Positions 40,373-50,915 of a stretch of DNA of 64,000 bases are shown here, one piece after another (the stretch's first letter is position 1; each line of letters starts with the position of its first letter). The stretch is taken from contig DSCO01000061.1 of the NCBI GenBank assembly GCA_011049045.1, positions 228 to 64,227 of the forward strand, read 5' to 3'. The position numbers and the translations under genes are program-made. The notes under the pieces were generated by a model, which saw only the letters and a program-made list of their open reading frames with translations, was not told the DNA's origin and did not search any database. This DNA comes from Methanomicrobia archaeon. Lineage in GTDB: Archaea; Halobacteriota; Syntropharchaeia; Alkanophagales; Methanospirareceae.

Positions 40373-41098
40373 ATGAAAGAGCAAGGTGAAAAGATACTAT
40401 TTAGAGAAGAGATAGAGGATTTAATAGAAAACGGGGATCTAAAGGGCTTGCTTGAGAAAAGCGGTGAATTGCATGGCCATTTGTGTAGCTATTCAGCATA
40501 CGGAGTCAAGGCGGGCTATATTGCCATGTGCGAGTTGGGGTTCAGAAATAGAGGCATGGAAGAACTTGTGGCAATTGTCGAAACCAATAATTGCTTCAGT
40601 GATGGCATTCAACTCGTAACCGGCTGCACTTTCGGAAATAACGGGCTTATATTCAGAGATTATGGGAAAACCGCCGTAACCGTAGCGAAACGGGACGGGA
40701 CTGCGATAAGAATCGTTTTAAGCCCTGATGTTGACGCTCGTCGTGCACAAGAGTATCCAGAAGCACATGAGCTGTTCGATAAGATCGTGGCTAAGCGCGA
40801 AAAGGCAACACCCGAGGAGCATAAAAGGTTGATGCAGCTATTTGCAGAAATCTCAATCGCGGAATTGGAAAAACCCGCGGATGAAATTTTTCTCATAAAG
40901 CGCCTGAACATTAGAGTGCCTGAGTACGCCCCAATATTTGATTCGGTGACGTGTTCGATTTGTGGCGAGAGCTTGATGAAAACGCGTGCTGTAATCGAGA
41001 ATGGGAAATATTTTTGTATCCCGTGCTCCAACCGTGAATTCTATCAGATGGACGGGTCTGGCATTTCCTTCATGGACAAGGGGGGTCGGCAACGATGA
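40373..41098 (+). CDS. FwdE/FmdE-family protein with C-terminal Cys4 zinc ribbon
   Basis: GELHGHLCSYSAYGVKAG is the FmdE-domain HxC motif. C-terminal CSICGE...CIPCS ribbon. First gene of the ABC-transporter operon, with a 4-nt overlap with the next gene. Confidence 0.7.
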   Translation: MKEQGEKILFREEIEDLIENGDLKGLLEKSGELHGHLCSYSAYGVKAGYIAMCELGFRNRGMEELVAIVETNNCFSDGIQLVTGCTFGNNGLIFRDYGKTAVTVAKRDGTAIRIVLSPDVDARRAQEYPEAHELFDKIVAKREKATPEEHKRLMQLFAEISIAELEKPADEIFLIKRLNIRVPEYAPIFDSVTCSICGESLMKTRAVIENGKYFCIPCSNREFYQMDGSGISFMDKGGRQR

Positions 41099-42801
41099 AG
41101 AATAAAGCCATTCCATTTTTAACGCTAGTATCAGTTTCAATTCTCCTGATCTCTTCAGTACCGGGCTTGTCCGTCGCCAGCGCAGGTCCTGAAGATGCAA
41201 AGGCTGGTGAAGTGAGCTACACAATTGCGGATCCCACGGGTGATTACGGCTATCCCTCTCCTTATGGACACTATCCACGGGGTCCGGGGTACGTAAGAAT
41301 GAGTTTCATCTTCGACACCTTATTATGGAAGAATGCAGAAGGCTTTGTGCCTGCTTTAGCTGAAGATTGGAACTACATCGCAGCCGAGAATGCGTATGTT
41401 TTCCATTTACGTAAAGGCGTTACCTGGCACGATGGGGAGAAGTTTTCGGCAGAGGATGTCGCTTTCACCTTTAATTATGTTAAGGAACACCCCAGTTGGT
41501 GGGTGGACATTCCCTATGTAAAGCAGGTAGAGGTACTTGACGAATATACGGTAAAAATTTACTTGACGGAGCAAATCGCTTCCTTTCTGAACGATGACGC
41601 AGGCCAATTAGCCATTCTTCCACAACATATATGGCAGGACGTCAAGAATCCTAGCAAATTCATGGAACCGGAAGCGCTGATAGGGACAGGGCCCTTCAAG
41701 CTTGTTGATTACAGCAAAACTCATGGTTCCTACCTCTTTGAAGCTTACGAAGATTACTATCTGGGAAAACCTGAAATAGAGCGATTGATGTTTGTCAAAA
41801 TCAGTGAGGAGATGGCTTCTACTGCATTAATAAGAGGAGTAGTCAACGCTACTGCAATACCACCGGAAACCGTGGAAAAGGTTAAAGGGAAGGACTTCAC
41901 GTTAATAAGCCAATCAGGGGATTGGAATGTCAAGCTCATGATAAACCACGAAAAGGAGCCAATGTCTTCTAAAGAGTTCAGACACGCCCTCGCCTATGCA
42001 ATAAACAGGAGTGAACTGGTGGAAATCGCACAACGAGGTCAAGCTATTCGAGGAAGCCCCGGCTTACTCTCTCCTACCAGTCCGTACTACAACCCGGACA
42101 TCGTAACGTATGACTACAATCCAGAGCGTGCAAAAGACCTTTTGGAAAGCATGGGGTACCAATTGAAAGACGACGGCTACTACTGGAAAGATGAAGAAAT
42201 GCTTGAACTCGAACTCATAACGACCCCGCAAATGGGTTTTGAACGTGTTGCCGAGATAATGGCGCAGCAGTTGGAGGAAGTAGGCATAAAAGTCAATATC
42301 AGGAGCCTTGAATCGAAAACACTTGATAGCAGGGTCATAAACCGGCAATTCGATGTGGCTATAAACGGACATGGCGGGATCGGCGGCGATCCGTCAATCC
42401 TGAACAAAGTCATTCTTGGCACGTTTGGCTACAGTGCGAATTACACGAAAAATGAGACCTTGAACCAGTTGCTCGAAGCACATTTGCATGAGATGGACGA
42501 GGAAAAGAGGAAGGAGATAGTGCGTGAAATTCAGGCGATTTACGCAGAGGAACTCCCTGCTTTGACGCTTTACTATCCGACGTGGTACTGGGGACATGAC
42601 GGCAGCGTTGACATTTATTACACCAGGGGCGGTATTGCAAGGGGAATACCCATCCCTCTGAACAAGCTGGCTCTTATGGACTACAAAGCAACGGCGAATA
42701 CTCCGGCATCCACAGCCACGAAAGCACCAGTACCGGGATTTGAACTCGCGCTTTCGCTACTTGTACTCATTACAGTGGCGTTTCTGAAAAGAAGACGGTG
42801 A
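41095..42801 (+). CDS. ABC transporter substrate-binding protein, family 5 (NikA/OppA-like), PGF-CTERM anchored
   Basis: Signal peptide and SBP_bac_5-like core. C-terminus PVPGFELALSLLVLITVAFLKRRR is a PGF-CTERM archaeosortase sorting signal. Confidence 0.8.
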   Translation: MKNKAIPFLTLVSVSILLISSVPGLSVASAGPEDAKAGEVSYTIADPTGDYGYPSPYGHYPRGPGYVRMSFIFDTLLWKNAEGFVPALAEDWNYIAAENAYVFHLRKGVTWHDGEKFSAEDVAFTFNYVKEHPSWWVDIPYVKQVEVLDEYTVKIYLTEQIASFLNDDAGQLAILPQHIWQDVKNPSKFMEPEALIGTGPFKLVDYSKTHGSYLFEAYEDYYLGKPEIERLMFVKISEEMASTALIRGVVNATAIPPETVEKVKGKDFTLISQSGDWNVKLMINHEKEPMSSKEFRHALAYAINRSELVEIAQRGQAIRGSPGLLSPTSPYYNPDIVTYDYNPERAKDLLESMGYQLKDDGYYWKDEEMLELELITTPQMGFERVAEIMAQQLEEVGIKVNIRSLESKTLDSRVINRQFDVAINGHGGIGGDPSILNKVILGTFGYSANYTKNETLNQLLEAHLHEMDEEKRKEIVREIQAIYAEELPALTLYYPTWYWGHDGSVDIYYTRGGIARGIPIPLNKLALMDYKATANTPASTATKAPVPGFELALSLLVLITVAFLKRRR

Positions 42802-43806
42802 TAGCGTTGCCCGTAAAAATAGGAGCACCAAAAATTGGTAACTATGTTATAGCCTTCCTCACAATACTGGCTCTCAATTTTTTACTCCCGAGGATGATGC
42901 CAAGTGACCCGCTTACCGCCATCTGCGGCGAAGAAGTTTTTGTGGAGATGACGCCGGGAACTGAGAACCGAACTCATGCACCGTTTTGCTTTGGATGAAC
43001 CACTCTGGAGACAGTTCTTCGTTTATCTCACAAGCATTCTACGTGGCGATTTTGGATATTCCTACTACTATAACGCACCGGTATTGGACGTGATCCTTGA
43101 AGCTCTCCCCTGGACCTTACTGCTTCTTGGCTCATCGCTCGTTCTTTCCACGTTACTGAGCATAATTATGGGGATAGAATCCGGCTGGCGACGAGGCAGA
43201 AACAGTGATAAATTCTTGCTCACCGCAACCATGATTATGAATGGTTTTCCGAATTTCTTCATTGGCATTATTCTGCTGCTCTTGTTTGGCGTTTATCTTG
43301 GCATTCTACCGCTTCAGGGCGCCCAAACCCCTTATTCCGATCTATCAGGTCTCACGCTCCTGCTTAATAGAGCCACGCACCTTGTCTTACCTCTTACGGC
43401 ATTGACCTTAGCCCAGATCCCTAGCTCTTATCTCCTAATGCGGAATACGATGATTACAACGCTAAAAGAGCCTTTTATCCTGACCGCAAAAGCAAAAGGT
43501 CTATCAGAGGCGTCAGTGCGGTATAGACACGCGGGTAGAAATGCAATGCTTCCGATTGTCACCACGACGGGCGTAAGAGTGGAAGTGATTGTTACGGGTG
43601 CGCTTTTCATCGAAACGATCTTCTCCTATCCTGGTGTGGGACTGTTGATATACAACTCGCTGCTTATGCGGGATTATCCGATTCTGCAAGGCGCGTTCTT
43701 CATTGTAACGGTTTTTGTTATAGCTGCCAACTTCTTCGTTGATTCGCTCTATACAAAGATCGATCCGCGAATAGGGATAGGAGATAGCGTAGAACATGCA
43801 CATTAA
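42798..43806 (+). pseudogene. NikB/DppB-like ABC permease, interrupted by a 1-nt frameshift near 42955-42965
   Basis: ORF 42798..42998 encodes the N-terminal TM1 (…LPRMMPSDPLTAICGEEVFVEMTPG). ORF 42976..43806 continues (E)LRTELMHRFALDEPLWRQFF…. The conserved segment is split between two frames. Confidence 0.6.
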
Positions 43807-44641
43807 CTACTGGAAAGAGCTGAAAAAGAGCACCTTTGGAATGATCGGGTTAGCTCTGCTTATCTTAATCGTCATTATTGCGGTATTGTCGCCTCTTCTT
43901 GCTCGATATGACCCGGGTGAGCCAAGCCACGCAGCCCTTAAACCCCCGTCCAACGAGCATTGGTTGGGAACAAACGATGTGGGACAGGATATTTGGAGTC
44001 GTCTACTTTACGGGGCGAAAAACACGCTCTTAGTGGCTCTAGGTGTGGGCGTGCTAACAACCCTTATCGGTACCGTCATCGGAGCATCGACTGCGCTCGT
44101 CGGTGGCTTATACGAAAGAATAATGATGAGAGCGGTAGATGCCCTCATTGCGATTCCCGCGGTTATTGTTATCATTTTAGTCGCAGCCTATGTCCTGCCG
44201 AATGTCTGGATACTTATTCTTCTCATTTCTGTCCTAACCTGGCAGGGCGGGGCGAGACTGGTAAGAGCTCAAACACTGTCAGTTAAGGAACGAATGCATG
44301 TTTACGCAGCGAGAACGTTTGGAGCAAATAGGTGGTACATCTCAACACGCCATATAATACCTGACCTCAGTCCAATTCTGTTCGCCGTATTTATCCACAG
44401 CGCAACGAGGGGGATATTCATGGAAGCGGGTTTGGCGTTCCTCGGCATAGCAGACATCTCAACGGTGAGTTGGGGGCTCATGATGCATCACGCACTCAGA
44501 TTCTACTACCTTGACGTTTGGATGTGGTGGCTCCTTCCGACTGGACTTGCTCTTTCGGTTACGATAATGGCTTTCGTTTTCATTGGATACGCCCTTGAAA
44601 CAGCCATGGATCCCCGCCTAAAGGAGGGAAGTAATGCTTGA
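43796..44641 (+). CDS. NikC/DppC-like ABC permease
   Basis: 281 aa, 6 TM, binding-protein-dependent transport family. Overlaps flanking genes. Confidence 0.8.
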   Translation: MHINYWKELKKSTFGMIGLALLILIVIIAVLSPLLARYDPGEPSHAALKPPSNEHWLGTNDVGQDIWSRLLYGAKNTLLVALGVGVLTTLIGTVIGASTALVGGLYERIMMRAVDALIAIPAVIVIILVAAYVLPNVWILILLISVLTWQGGARLVRAQTLSVKERMHVYAARTFGANRWYISTRHIIPDLSPILFAVFIHSATRGIFMEAGLAFLGIADISTVSWGLMMHHALRFYYLDVWMWWLLPTGLALSVTIMAFVFIGYALETAMDPRLKEGSNA

Positions 44642-46436
44642 ACTAGAAAATCTGGAAGTCGGCTATAATCAAAAAAAGGTTCTCTGTGGGATAAATCTCA
44701 CGGTGAAACGAGGCGAATCTCTATCAATTGTAGGCGAATCGGGCGGTGGTAAAACCACTCTTGGGCTTAGCATCATGGGACTCGTTAAAGGCGCTGTTAC
44801 CGGTAAGATCTTATTGGATGGTAAGGATTTGGCTTCACTCCCAGAACAGGAGCTGAGAAAGATAAGATGGAACAAGGTCTCCCTGGTCTTTCAGGATGTA
44901 GAAGGCGCGTTAAACCCTCTATACACAGCATTGGACCAAGTTTCAGAGCCAATAATAGAGCATAAACTGAAGAAGAAGGAAGAGGCTAGGAGGCATGCTC
45001 TACAGCTCTTAAAGGCAGTCGGTCTTCCACAGGAGCGTTCTTCCGCTTACCCACACCAATTGAGTGGCGGGGAGCGGCAACGCGTCTTGATAGCAATGGC
45101 AATAGCAAACAACCCCGATCTGATTATTCTGGACGAACCCACCGCAGCATTGGACGCCATCACCAAAGCAGAGATAATCAATTTGATTCGCGATGCATGT
45201 AAGGGGCGGACAATACTTCTATTAACTCATGACCTCTCCACACCCCCAAAGCTCTCAGATAGAATCGCGGTACTCTATGCCGGTAGAATTTTGGAATTAG
45301 GTTCGACAACCAATATCCTCTCCAATCCGAGACACCCATATACACGAGGACTTCTTCGTTGCTATCCGAGCATGACCAGAACGAAGGATTTGCAGGGGAT
45401 AAAGGGCAGAATGAGCTTCTCTGAGCGGGGATGCCCATTTTATCCTCGCTGCACTCAATCAATTGAAATCTGTCGAGACGAGGTGCCTCGGTTGGAAGAG
45501 AGGGGGGATCGCCTCATAGCCTGCCATAGAGGTGGGATCATACCGCTCTTGGAGGTGAAAAAGCTAAGCAAGTTTTTTAGCTCATTGAAGGCGGTTGATT
45601 CTGTTGATCTAACCCTCTATGAAGGGGAGACCTTAGGACTAGTAGGAGAAACGGGCTCTGGAAAGACAACGCTAGCCAAAACAATCATGGGGATTTTTGA
45701 AGCAACGGAAGGAGAGATATTGCTCGAGGGTTCGAGAATTCGCAATAGAGACCTGTCCTTCTATATGCGAGTTCAAATGGTCTTTCAAAACCCAAGGGAG
45801 TCCTTAAGCCACCGCCTCTCAGTTCTTGAAGCTGTAAAAGAGCCTTTGGAAATACAGAAGCTGGGAGATGAGGATCAAAGGGAAAGCAGAGTGCGCGACA
45901 TTTTGGAGGAGGTTGAATTGTTTTGCACAGAGTACTTGAACAAATATCCACATCAACTGAGCGGTGGAGAAGCGCAAAGAGTTGCAATAGCAAGAGCGCT
46001 TATATTAGATCCGAAGCTGCTCATTGCAGATGAACCAACTTCAGCCTTGGATGCCAGTATCCAAGCAAAAATTGTAAAGCTCCTGCTCAATCTTCAGGAG
46101 AAGAGGGGCATAAGCATACTCTTCATCACCCATAACTTGCCCCTGGCAAGGAAGATAAGTGATAGGATCGCGGTGATGTTAGCGGGTAAAATCGTGGAAA
46201 TAGGCAATACAAACGAGATACTGGGTTATGAAAGCCATCCATATACGAATGAACTGATTTCTCTGGTATCTGAAGACCATGTAATCTCAGCGGGTAATAT
46301 AAAAAACGGGAGCAATTATCCGTCAGGGTGCGTGTTTTATCCGAGATGCCCTTTTGCGGCAGAAATTTGTAAGAAAAAAGAGCCGGAGATGGTTGAACTT
46401 GGAAAGGGGCATTTGGTAGCCTGTCATTTTGTTTAA
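44634..46436 (+). CDS. Fused tandem ABC ATPase (NikD/NikE- or DppD/DppF-like, two nucleotide-binding domains)
   Basis: Two Walker A motifs (GESGGGKTT, GETGSGKTT), two signature motifs (LSGGERQR, LSGGEAQR) and oligopeptide/nickel C-terminal extensions with Cys-rich tails. Confidence 0.85.
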   Translation: MLELENLEVGYNQKKVLCGINLTVKRGESLSIVGESGGGKTTLGLSIMGLVKGAVTGKILLDGKDLASLPEQELRKIRWNKVSLVFQDVEGALNPLYTALDQVSEPIIEHKLKKKEEARRHALQLLKAVGLPQERSSAYPHQLSGGERQRVLIAMAIANNPDLIILDEPTAALDAITKAEIINLIRDACKGRTILLLTHDLSTPPKLSDRIAVLYAGRILELGSTTNILSNPRHPYTRGLLRCYPSMTRTKDLQGIKGRMSFSERGCPFYPRCTQSIEICRDEVPRLEERGDRLIACHRGGIIPLLEVKKLSKFFSSLKAVDSVDLTLYEGETLGLVGETGSGKTTLAKTIMGIFEATEGEILLEGSRIRNRDLSFYMRVQMVFQNPRESLSHRLSVLEAVKEPLEIQKLGDEDQRESRVRDILEEVELFCTEYLNKYPHQLSGGEAQRVAIARALILDPKLLIADEPTSALDASIQAKIVKLLLNLQEKRGISILFITHNLPLARKISDRIAVMLAGKIVEIGNTNEILGYESHPYTNELISLVSEDHVISAGNIKNGSNYPSGCVFYPRCPFAAEICKKKEPEMVELGKGHLVACHFV

Positions 46437-46439
46437 AAC

Positions 46440-46447
46440 TTTATAAA
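46440..46447 (+). promoter_or_regulatory. TATA box (TTTATAAA) for cfbE-cfbD
   Basis: Canonical archaeal TATA element about 30 nt upstream of the cfbE ATG. Confidence 0.4.
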
Positions 46448-46476
46448 CAACAAAAAGTTATTAAAGAGCACATGAA

Positions 46477-47793
46477 ATGGAACTAAAAGAAGCATCCAAG
46501 ATATTAGTTTTAGATCCCATTCATGGGGCTGAAGTTATTGCGGAAGAGCTGGAAAAAATGGGAAAAGAAGCAGAGATATTCAATCCTTACAGGGAATCGT
46601 CCTATACCAATAGGATGGATCACGATGTGATTATATCGCCTGTTCATCTGAATCCGAACTTTGAAATCGTCAAGCAAGCGTTAACCAATGATATACCGTT
46701 TATGACCCATCACGAGGCTGTGAACGAGATTGCTACCATAAAAAACCTCTTCGAGGGTATTGAAGTAATAGAAGTAACAGGGACAATTGGAAAAACTTCG
46801 ACCTGTGAGCTGATCTACCAGTTGGTAAGAAACAAACGTGTTCTTCTGCATACCAGTTCTTCTACAAGGTTCGTATCTCCCGACGGTACCCAGATATTCC
46901 CGCGATTGGGCGGAACACCCGCAAATGTGTTAAAAGTGATGGAACTCATGCGGCAATGGAATTTGACCGCTGATACGGCGGTGTTTGAAATTTCACTCGG
47001 GCTTACCGGGATAGGCTCGGTCGGCGTGATAACAAGCCTAACGGAAGATTATATGATTGCAGGCGGCACGAAAGCGGCTGCTGCTGTTAAAATAGCGTCA
47101 ATTCAGAACTTTAACGGGTCGGGCATTATCGTTCATCCGGGCGCACCGCTGACCGTCACACCGGGCGGCATACCGGCCAGCGAGAATGTCTTTGGGTGTG
47201 AGGGTGCGAACCTGTGGGTAGATGGCACGGAAAACAAGGTCGTTTACAACAACCTCAGAACGCTGACCCGCGGGGTTATCAATGGCGAACTGCCGTTTTA
47301 CCCGCGTGAGTCTTATGTGTCTATTATCAGGGATTTTTACAGAGTACCGTTGGAAGCCGCGTTTTGCGCTGTTTTGAGTCTTGGAATCGCTCCTGATGAC
47401 ATCACTACGGAGGTGTCCCCGGTCGCGGGCAGAATGAAACTGGAGATGCTAAAAGGGCGCTTTTTGATCGATAATTCCAATTCGGGCACGAAATTGAAGT
47501 TCCTCGGTGAGATAACGGAGAGCGCAAGTAGACTATCAGAGAAGATGATCCTGATTGCTGGGGAAGACTCATCCTATGTGTGCGAAGGTGTGCCGGTGGA
47601 AGAACTGAAGAAAGTGGTTGAAAAGCGATCAGCAGATTTCGTGTCGATAATACTGGTAGGAGAGCAGTTTAGAGGAAAGATCAGCGGAGAGAACATCTCC
47701 TTTTCGCCTCATTTGGATACCGCTCTGGAAAAAGCAGTCCGTGAATCAGAAGAGGGGTTTGTGATTCTATCCAACGTGAAGACGTGGAGGTAA
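46477..47793 (+). CDS. cfbE: Coenzyme F430 synthetase (Mur-ligase-like, CfbE)
   Basis: Mur-ligase P-loop VTGTIGKTST. 438 aa. Immediately followed by cfbD. Confidence 0.7.
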   Translation: MELKEASKILVLDPIHGAEVIAEELEKMGKEAEIFNPYRESSYTNRMDHDVIISPVHLNPNFEIVKQALTNDIPFMTHHEAVNEIATIKNLFEGIEVIEVTGTIGKTSTCELIYQLVRNKRVLLHTSSSTRFVSPDGTQIFPRLGGTPANVLKVMELMRQWNLTADTAVFEISLGLTGIGSVGVITSLTEDYMIAGGTKAAAAVKIASIQNFNGSGIIVHPGAPLTVTPGGIPASENVFGCEGANLWVDGTENKVVYNNLRTLTRGVINGELPFYPRESYVSIIRDFYRVPLEAAFCAVLSLGIAPDDITTEVSPVAGRMKLEMLKGRFLIDNSNSGTKLKFLGEITESASRLSEKMILIAGEDSSYVCEGVPVEELKKVVEKRSADFVSIILVGEQFRGKISGENISFSPHLDTALEKAVRESEEGFVILSNVKTWR

Positions 47794-47819
47794 CTCTGGT
47801 CAGGTGGCGGGTGATTGAT

Positions 47820-48932
47820 ATGAGCATGGACGAAGAACGGGAGATGATATTGCATCCACGGCCGAGCGCGATTGTAGCTGCTCTTTACACGCTTCGTGAT
47901 TTAGACGTGGACGTTGCGATTTTACACGGACCCGCAGGATGCAGCTTCAAACACAGCAGACTGCTTGAAGAGGATGGTATGCATGTATTGACCTCGGCGA
48001 TGAACGAGAGCAATTTTGTGTTCGGCGGGCATGACTCGCTCGTCACGGTGCTCAGAAAAGCCGTGGAGCTGTTTCAGCCGGGCTTGATCGGCGTGGTAGG
48101 CACCTGCTCAAGTATGATCATCGGTGAGGATTTGCAGCAGGCGGTAGAGGAGAGTGGAATACGCGCGAAGTGTAAGGTGATCGTGGTAAACGTACATGCC
48201 GGATACCGGGACAACACCGTTGGCGTTATCTTAACCCTCGAGTCGGCTTATAAATCAGGTTTAATCAGTGGTGATGAGTTCGAGCGCCAGAAGAGGATGC
48301 TTGAAGCGGCAACGAGGCTGGAGAAGGACGTCGGAGCTGCATGCAAAAGTTATATCCCGCCCTCTAAAGGTGATTCTAAGATAGACGTTGCCACCAGGCT
48401 GCTTGAGCTCATACGAACCGGAAAAAAGGGGATATGCGTTTTAAATGCGAAAAAGGAGACTGCTTTTATGTTCGCTGATATTTTAAGAGCGGTTAATACC
48501 GTCGCAAGGCCCGCGCACATCATTAATATTGCCAATCTCGACAGAGCGGTGGGGTTGAGGAAAGTGAAAGGTTATGCGGGCAAAATTCTGGACGAATTAG
48601 CGGCTGACGGGTGTGCAATAGACCATTTAACCGGCGGCCTGGATGAATACCCTGTCGCTGGCGAGCGAGCCGCCGCTCTAATCAGGGACCATTATTCTTC
48701 GTACGATTTCGCCGTTTTACTCGGTATCCCGCATGCACTGCCGCTAGATACGTATAATATCACCATGGAGATATTCTCGGTAACTAATGGCCCACGAACG
48801 ATCGAGCCGCTCAAATGGCTTGGGCATGACCATGCTGTGCTGGAGGTGGATCTTCATCCAAAGACCATGGGTGCAACGGGCATTATAGCTTCGGAATTCG
48901 GTGACACGGTCTTGAAGCTTAGCGCTTTATGA
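47820..48932 (+). CDS. cfbD: Ni-sirohydrochlorin a,c-diamide reductive cyclase, NifD/NifE-like subunit (CfbD)
   Basis: Nitrogenase component-1-like fold with the single conserved cluster Cys (ILHGPAGC). About 370 aa. Start chosen at MSMDEE (47820). Confidence 0.7.
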   Translation: MSMDEEREMILHPRPSAIVAALYTLRDLDVDVAILHGPAGCSFKHSRLLEEDGMHVLTSAMNESNFVFGGHDSLVTVLRKAVELFQPGLIGVVGTCSSMIIGEDLQQAVEESGIRAKCKVIVVNVHAGYRDNTVGVILTLESAYKSGLISGDEFERQKRMLEAATRLEKDVGAACKSYIPPSKGDSKIDVATRLLELIRTGKKGICVLNAKKETAFMFADILRAVNTVARPAHIINIANLDRAVGLRKVKGYAGKILDELAADGCAIDHLTGGLDEYPVAGERAAALIRDHYSSYDFAVLLGIPHALPLDTYNITMEIFSVTNGPRTIEPLKWLGHDHAVLEVDLHPKTMGATGIIASEFGDTVLKLSAL

Positions 48933-49007
48933 CGCCAGGTTGGGTTGTATGACAAGAATGACGAAAATAGCCCTCTAAAAAGGAGATTATCGTTTGCTGA
49001 GGGATGT

Positions 49008-49895
49008 TTACTCCCTCATCTTTTTCCCCAAAAAACCCGAAACAAACTCCGGTATCTCTTCGAAGCAGCGATCCTTACCAAGAACAGCCGTCTGCAAGAT
49101 GTAGCGATCAGCAGAAGAGCCGATATAAACGCTTAATTCCACTTCACTACCCCTGCAAGATGCGTGGACCCCGACCGGACGCGAACAACCGCCACCAGTT
49201 GCTTGTAATACTTCCCGCTCGAGTTCAGACTCCCTTCTAGTATCCGCATCGTCCATCTCCCGTAAAATTGCACTCTCCACTGACCCCTTCCGGGCTACCA
49301 CGGCGATTATTCCCTGCCCCGGTGAGGGCACGAACGGGTAACGATCCAGTCGTTCATACTCGATCTCCATACCCAACCGCTCAACTCCCGCTTCCGCAAG
49401 AATAACCCCGTCATAATGGCCGCGCCTGAACTTCTGGAGCCGCGTATCCACATTACCCCTGATATCCTTTATCTCTACTTCTATGCCGCGCTCCCGTGTG
49501 TAATTCAAAAATTGATACCGCCGCCGCACACTTGACGTACCGATCACAGCACCGTTAGGCAGCTCGTCCAAGCGATACCGGGAGACCAGAATATCAAACG
49601 GAGAATCTCGCGGTAAAACCGCCGAGAGCTCGAGCAGTTCATCTCGTTCCAGGGGTATATCCTTCATACTATGTACCGCGAAGTCTATTTCACCGGCTAA
49701 CAGCAGTTTATCCAGCTTCTTTACAAAGACGCCTTCCGTGGGCATATCATGTAGGGGCTTGTCTGTCATCATATCACCTAAACTACTCACTGTTCTCATC
49801 GTAAGCAGGTCGCCAAATCCAAGTGCTCGTAAACGCTCACATACTTGCTCGGTCTGCAAAATTGCCAGTCTGCTACCTCTTGTCCCTGCGATCAT
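49008..49895 (-). CDS. hemC: Hydroxymethylbilane synthase (porphobilinogen deaminase)
   Basis: MIAGTRGSRLA N-terminus (start at 49895 inside the longer ORF) and the cofactor-binding Cys region. Confidence 0.85.
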   Translation of the reverse strand: MIAGTRGSRLAILQTEQVCERLRALGFGDLLTMRTVSSLGDMMTDKPLHDMPTEGVFVKKLDKLLLAGEIDFAVHSMKDIPLERDELLELSAVLPRDSPFDILVSRYRLDELPNGAVIGTSSVRRRYQFLNYTRERGIEVEIKDIRGNVDTRLQKFRRGHYDGVILAEAGVERLGMEIEYERLDRYPFVPSPGQGIIAVVARKGSVESAILREMDDADTRRESELEREVLQATGGGCSRPVGVHASCRGSEVELSVYIGSSADRYILQTAVLGKDRCFEEIPEFVSGFLGKKMRE

Positions 49896-50258
49896 GTATC
49901 CATCCCATGGTTTGAGGGTATGTTTCAGATTGACGCTTAAAAAGAGCGTGGCGTTTGCGGCTCTGAGGTGGCATACGAGCTGATACCTGAGGCTATTCAT
50001 CGTAAATAAAGTCTGCGTAGCGTGAAAGCACCGTGCTCAAGGATGGCAGGATAGATAATGACTGAAGCGGCGTAAAAAGCGGTCTGGAGCATATGGAGAT
50101 CGCTCTGGGGTAACTTCGCGAGGGATTCAAAACGCGGCTAAAGACCGAGCTGCGGCGGATGAAGCGCACTCCTGGGGGGGGCGTGGTTTGATATCGCTTC
50201 TGATCGTTGGATAAGGAAACCGCAACCTTTAAAAAGATGGATGCGCTATGAGAACATC

Positions 50259-50915
50259 ATGCTCCCTCTTTACCTCGATCTTTCTGATAAAAGAATAATT
50301 GTATTCGGGGGCGGTAGTGTCGCGGAGAGGAAAATCGGTCAGATATTGGAGCTGAGTGGGGACACAAAGCAGGGGGCGTTGACTGTGGACATTTACAGTC
50401 TCGATTTTACAGCGCGTATCGAAGAGCTCTGTGCGGCGAGAACCGTTCACTGTTTTCAGTGCGATTTGTGGGATCAAGACTTGAGAGCGCTTGTGGAAGG
50501 CGCATTTTTAATTCTCATCTGCACCCATGACGAAACACTCAATAAGCATATCTTTCGCGAGGTGAGGACCTGCGACGCGCTCATCAATTACAGTGACCGA
50601 GGGGACACGTTTATGTCCTCAGTGATTAAACGAGGTGAACTGATTATCTCTATCTCAACAGGGGGTAAAGCCCCTGCAATGGCACGGTATATGCGAGAGA
50701 AGATTTCAGCATTACTGCGTGATGAAGAGGAAAAGATGCTGTATGTCCAGAACTATCTCAGAGAGCAGTTTAAAGATAAGCTGAGCGATAGCGAGAGCAG
50801 GAGAGCGATTTTAACCGATGTTTTGAACGATTCCGATTGCTGGGCTGCACTTGCTGCGCCTCCTGATGTGGCCAAAGAGCGTATTTTAAAGATAATAGAG
50901 GAGAGATATGCATAG
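50259..50915 (+). CDS. sirC: Precorrin-2 dehydrogenase / sirohydrochlorin-forming NAD-binding protein (SirC/CysG-N-like)
   Basis: MLPLYLDLSDKRIIVFGGGSVAERK is the canonical siroheme-synthase N-domain start. Confidence 0.75.
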   Translation: MLPLYLDLSDKRIIVFGGGSVAERKIGQILELSGDTKQGALTVDIYSLDFTARIEELCAARTVHCFQCDLWDQDLRALVEGAFLILICTHDETLNKHIFREVRTCDALINYSDRGDTFMSSVIKRGELIISISTGGKAPAMARYMREKISALLRDEEEKMLYVQNYLREQFKDKLSDSESRRAILTDVLNDSDCWAALAAPPDVAKERILKIIEERYA

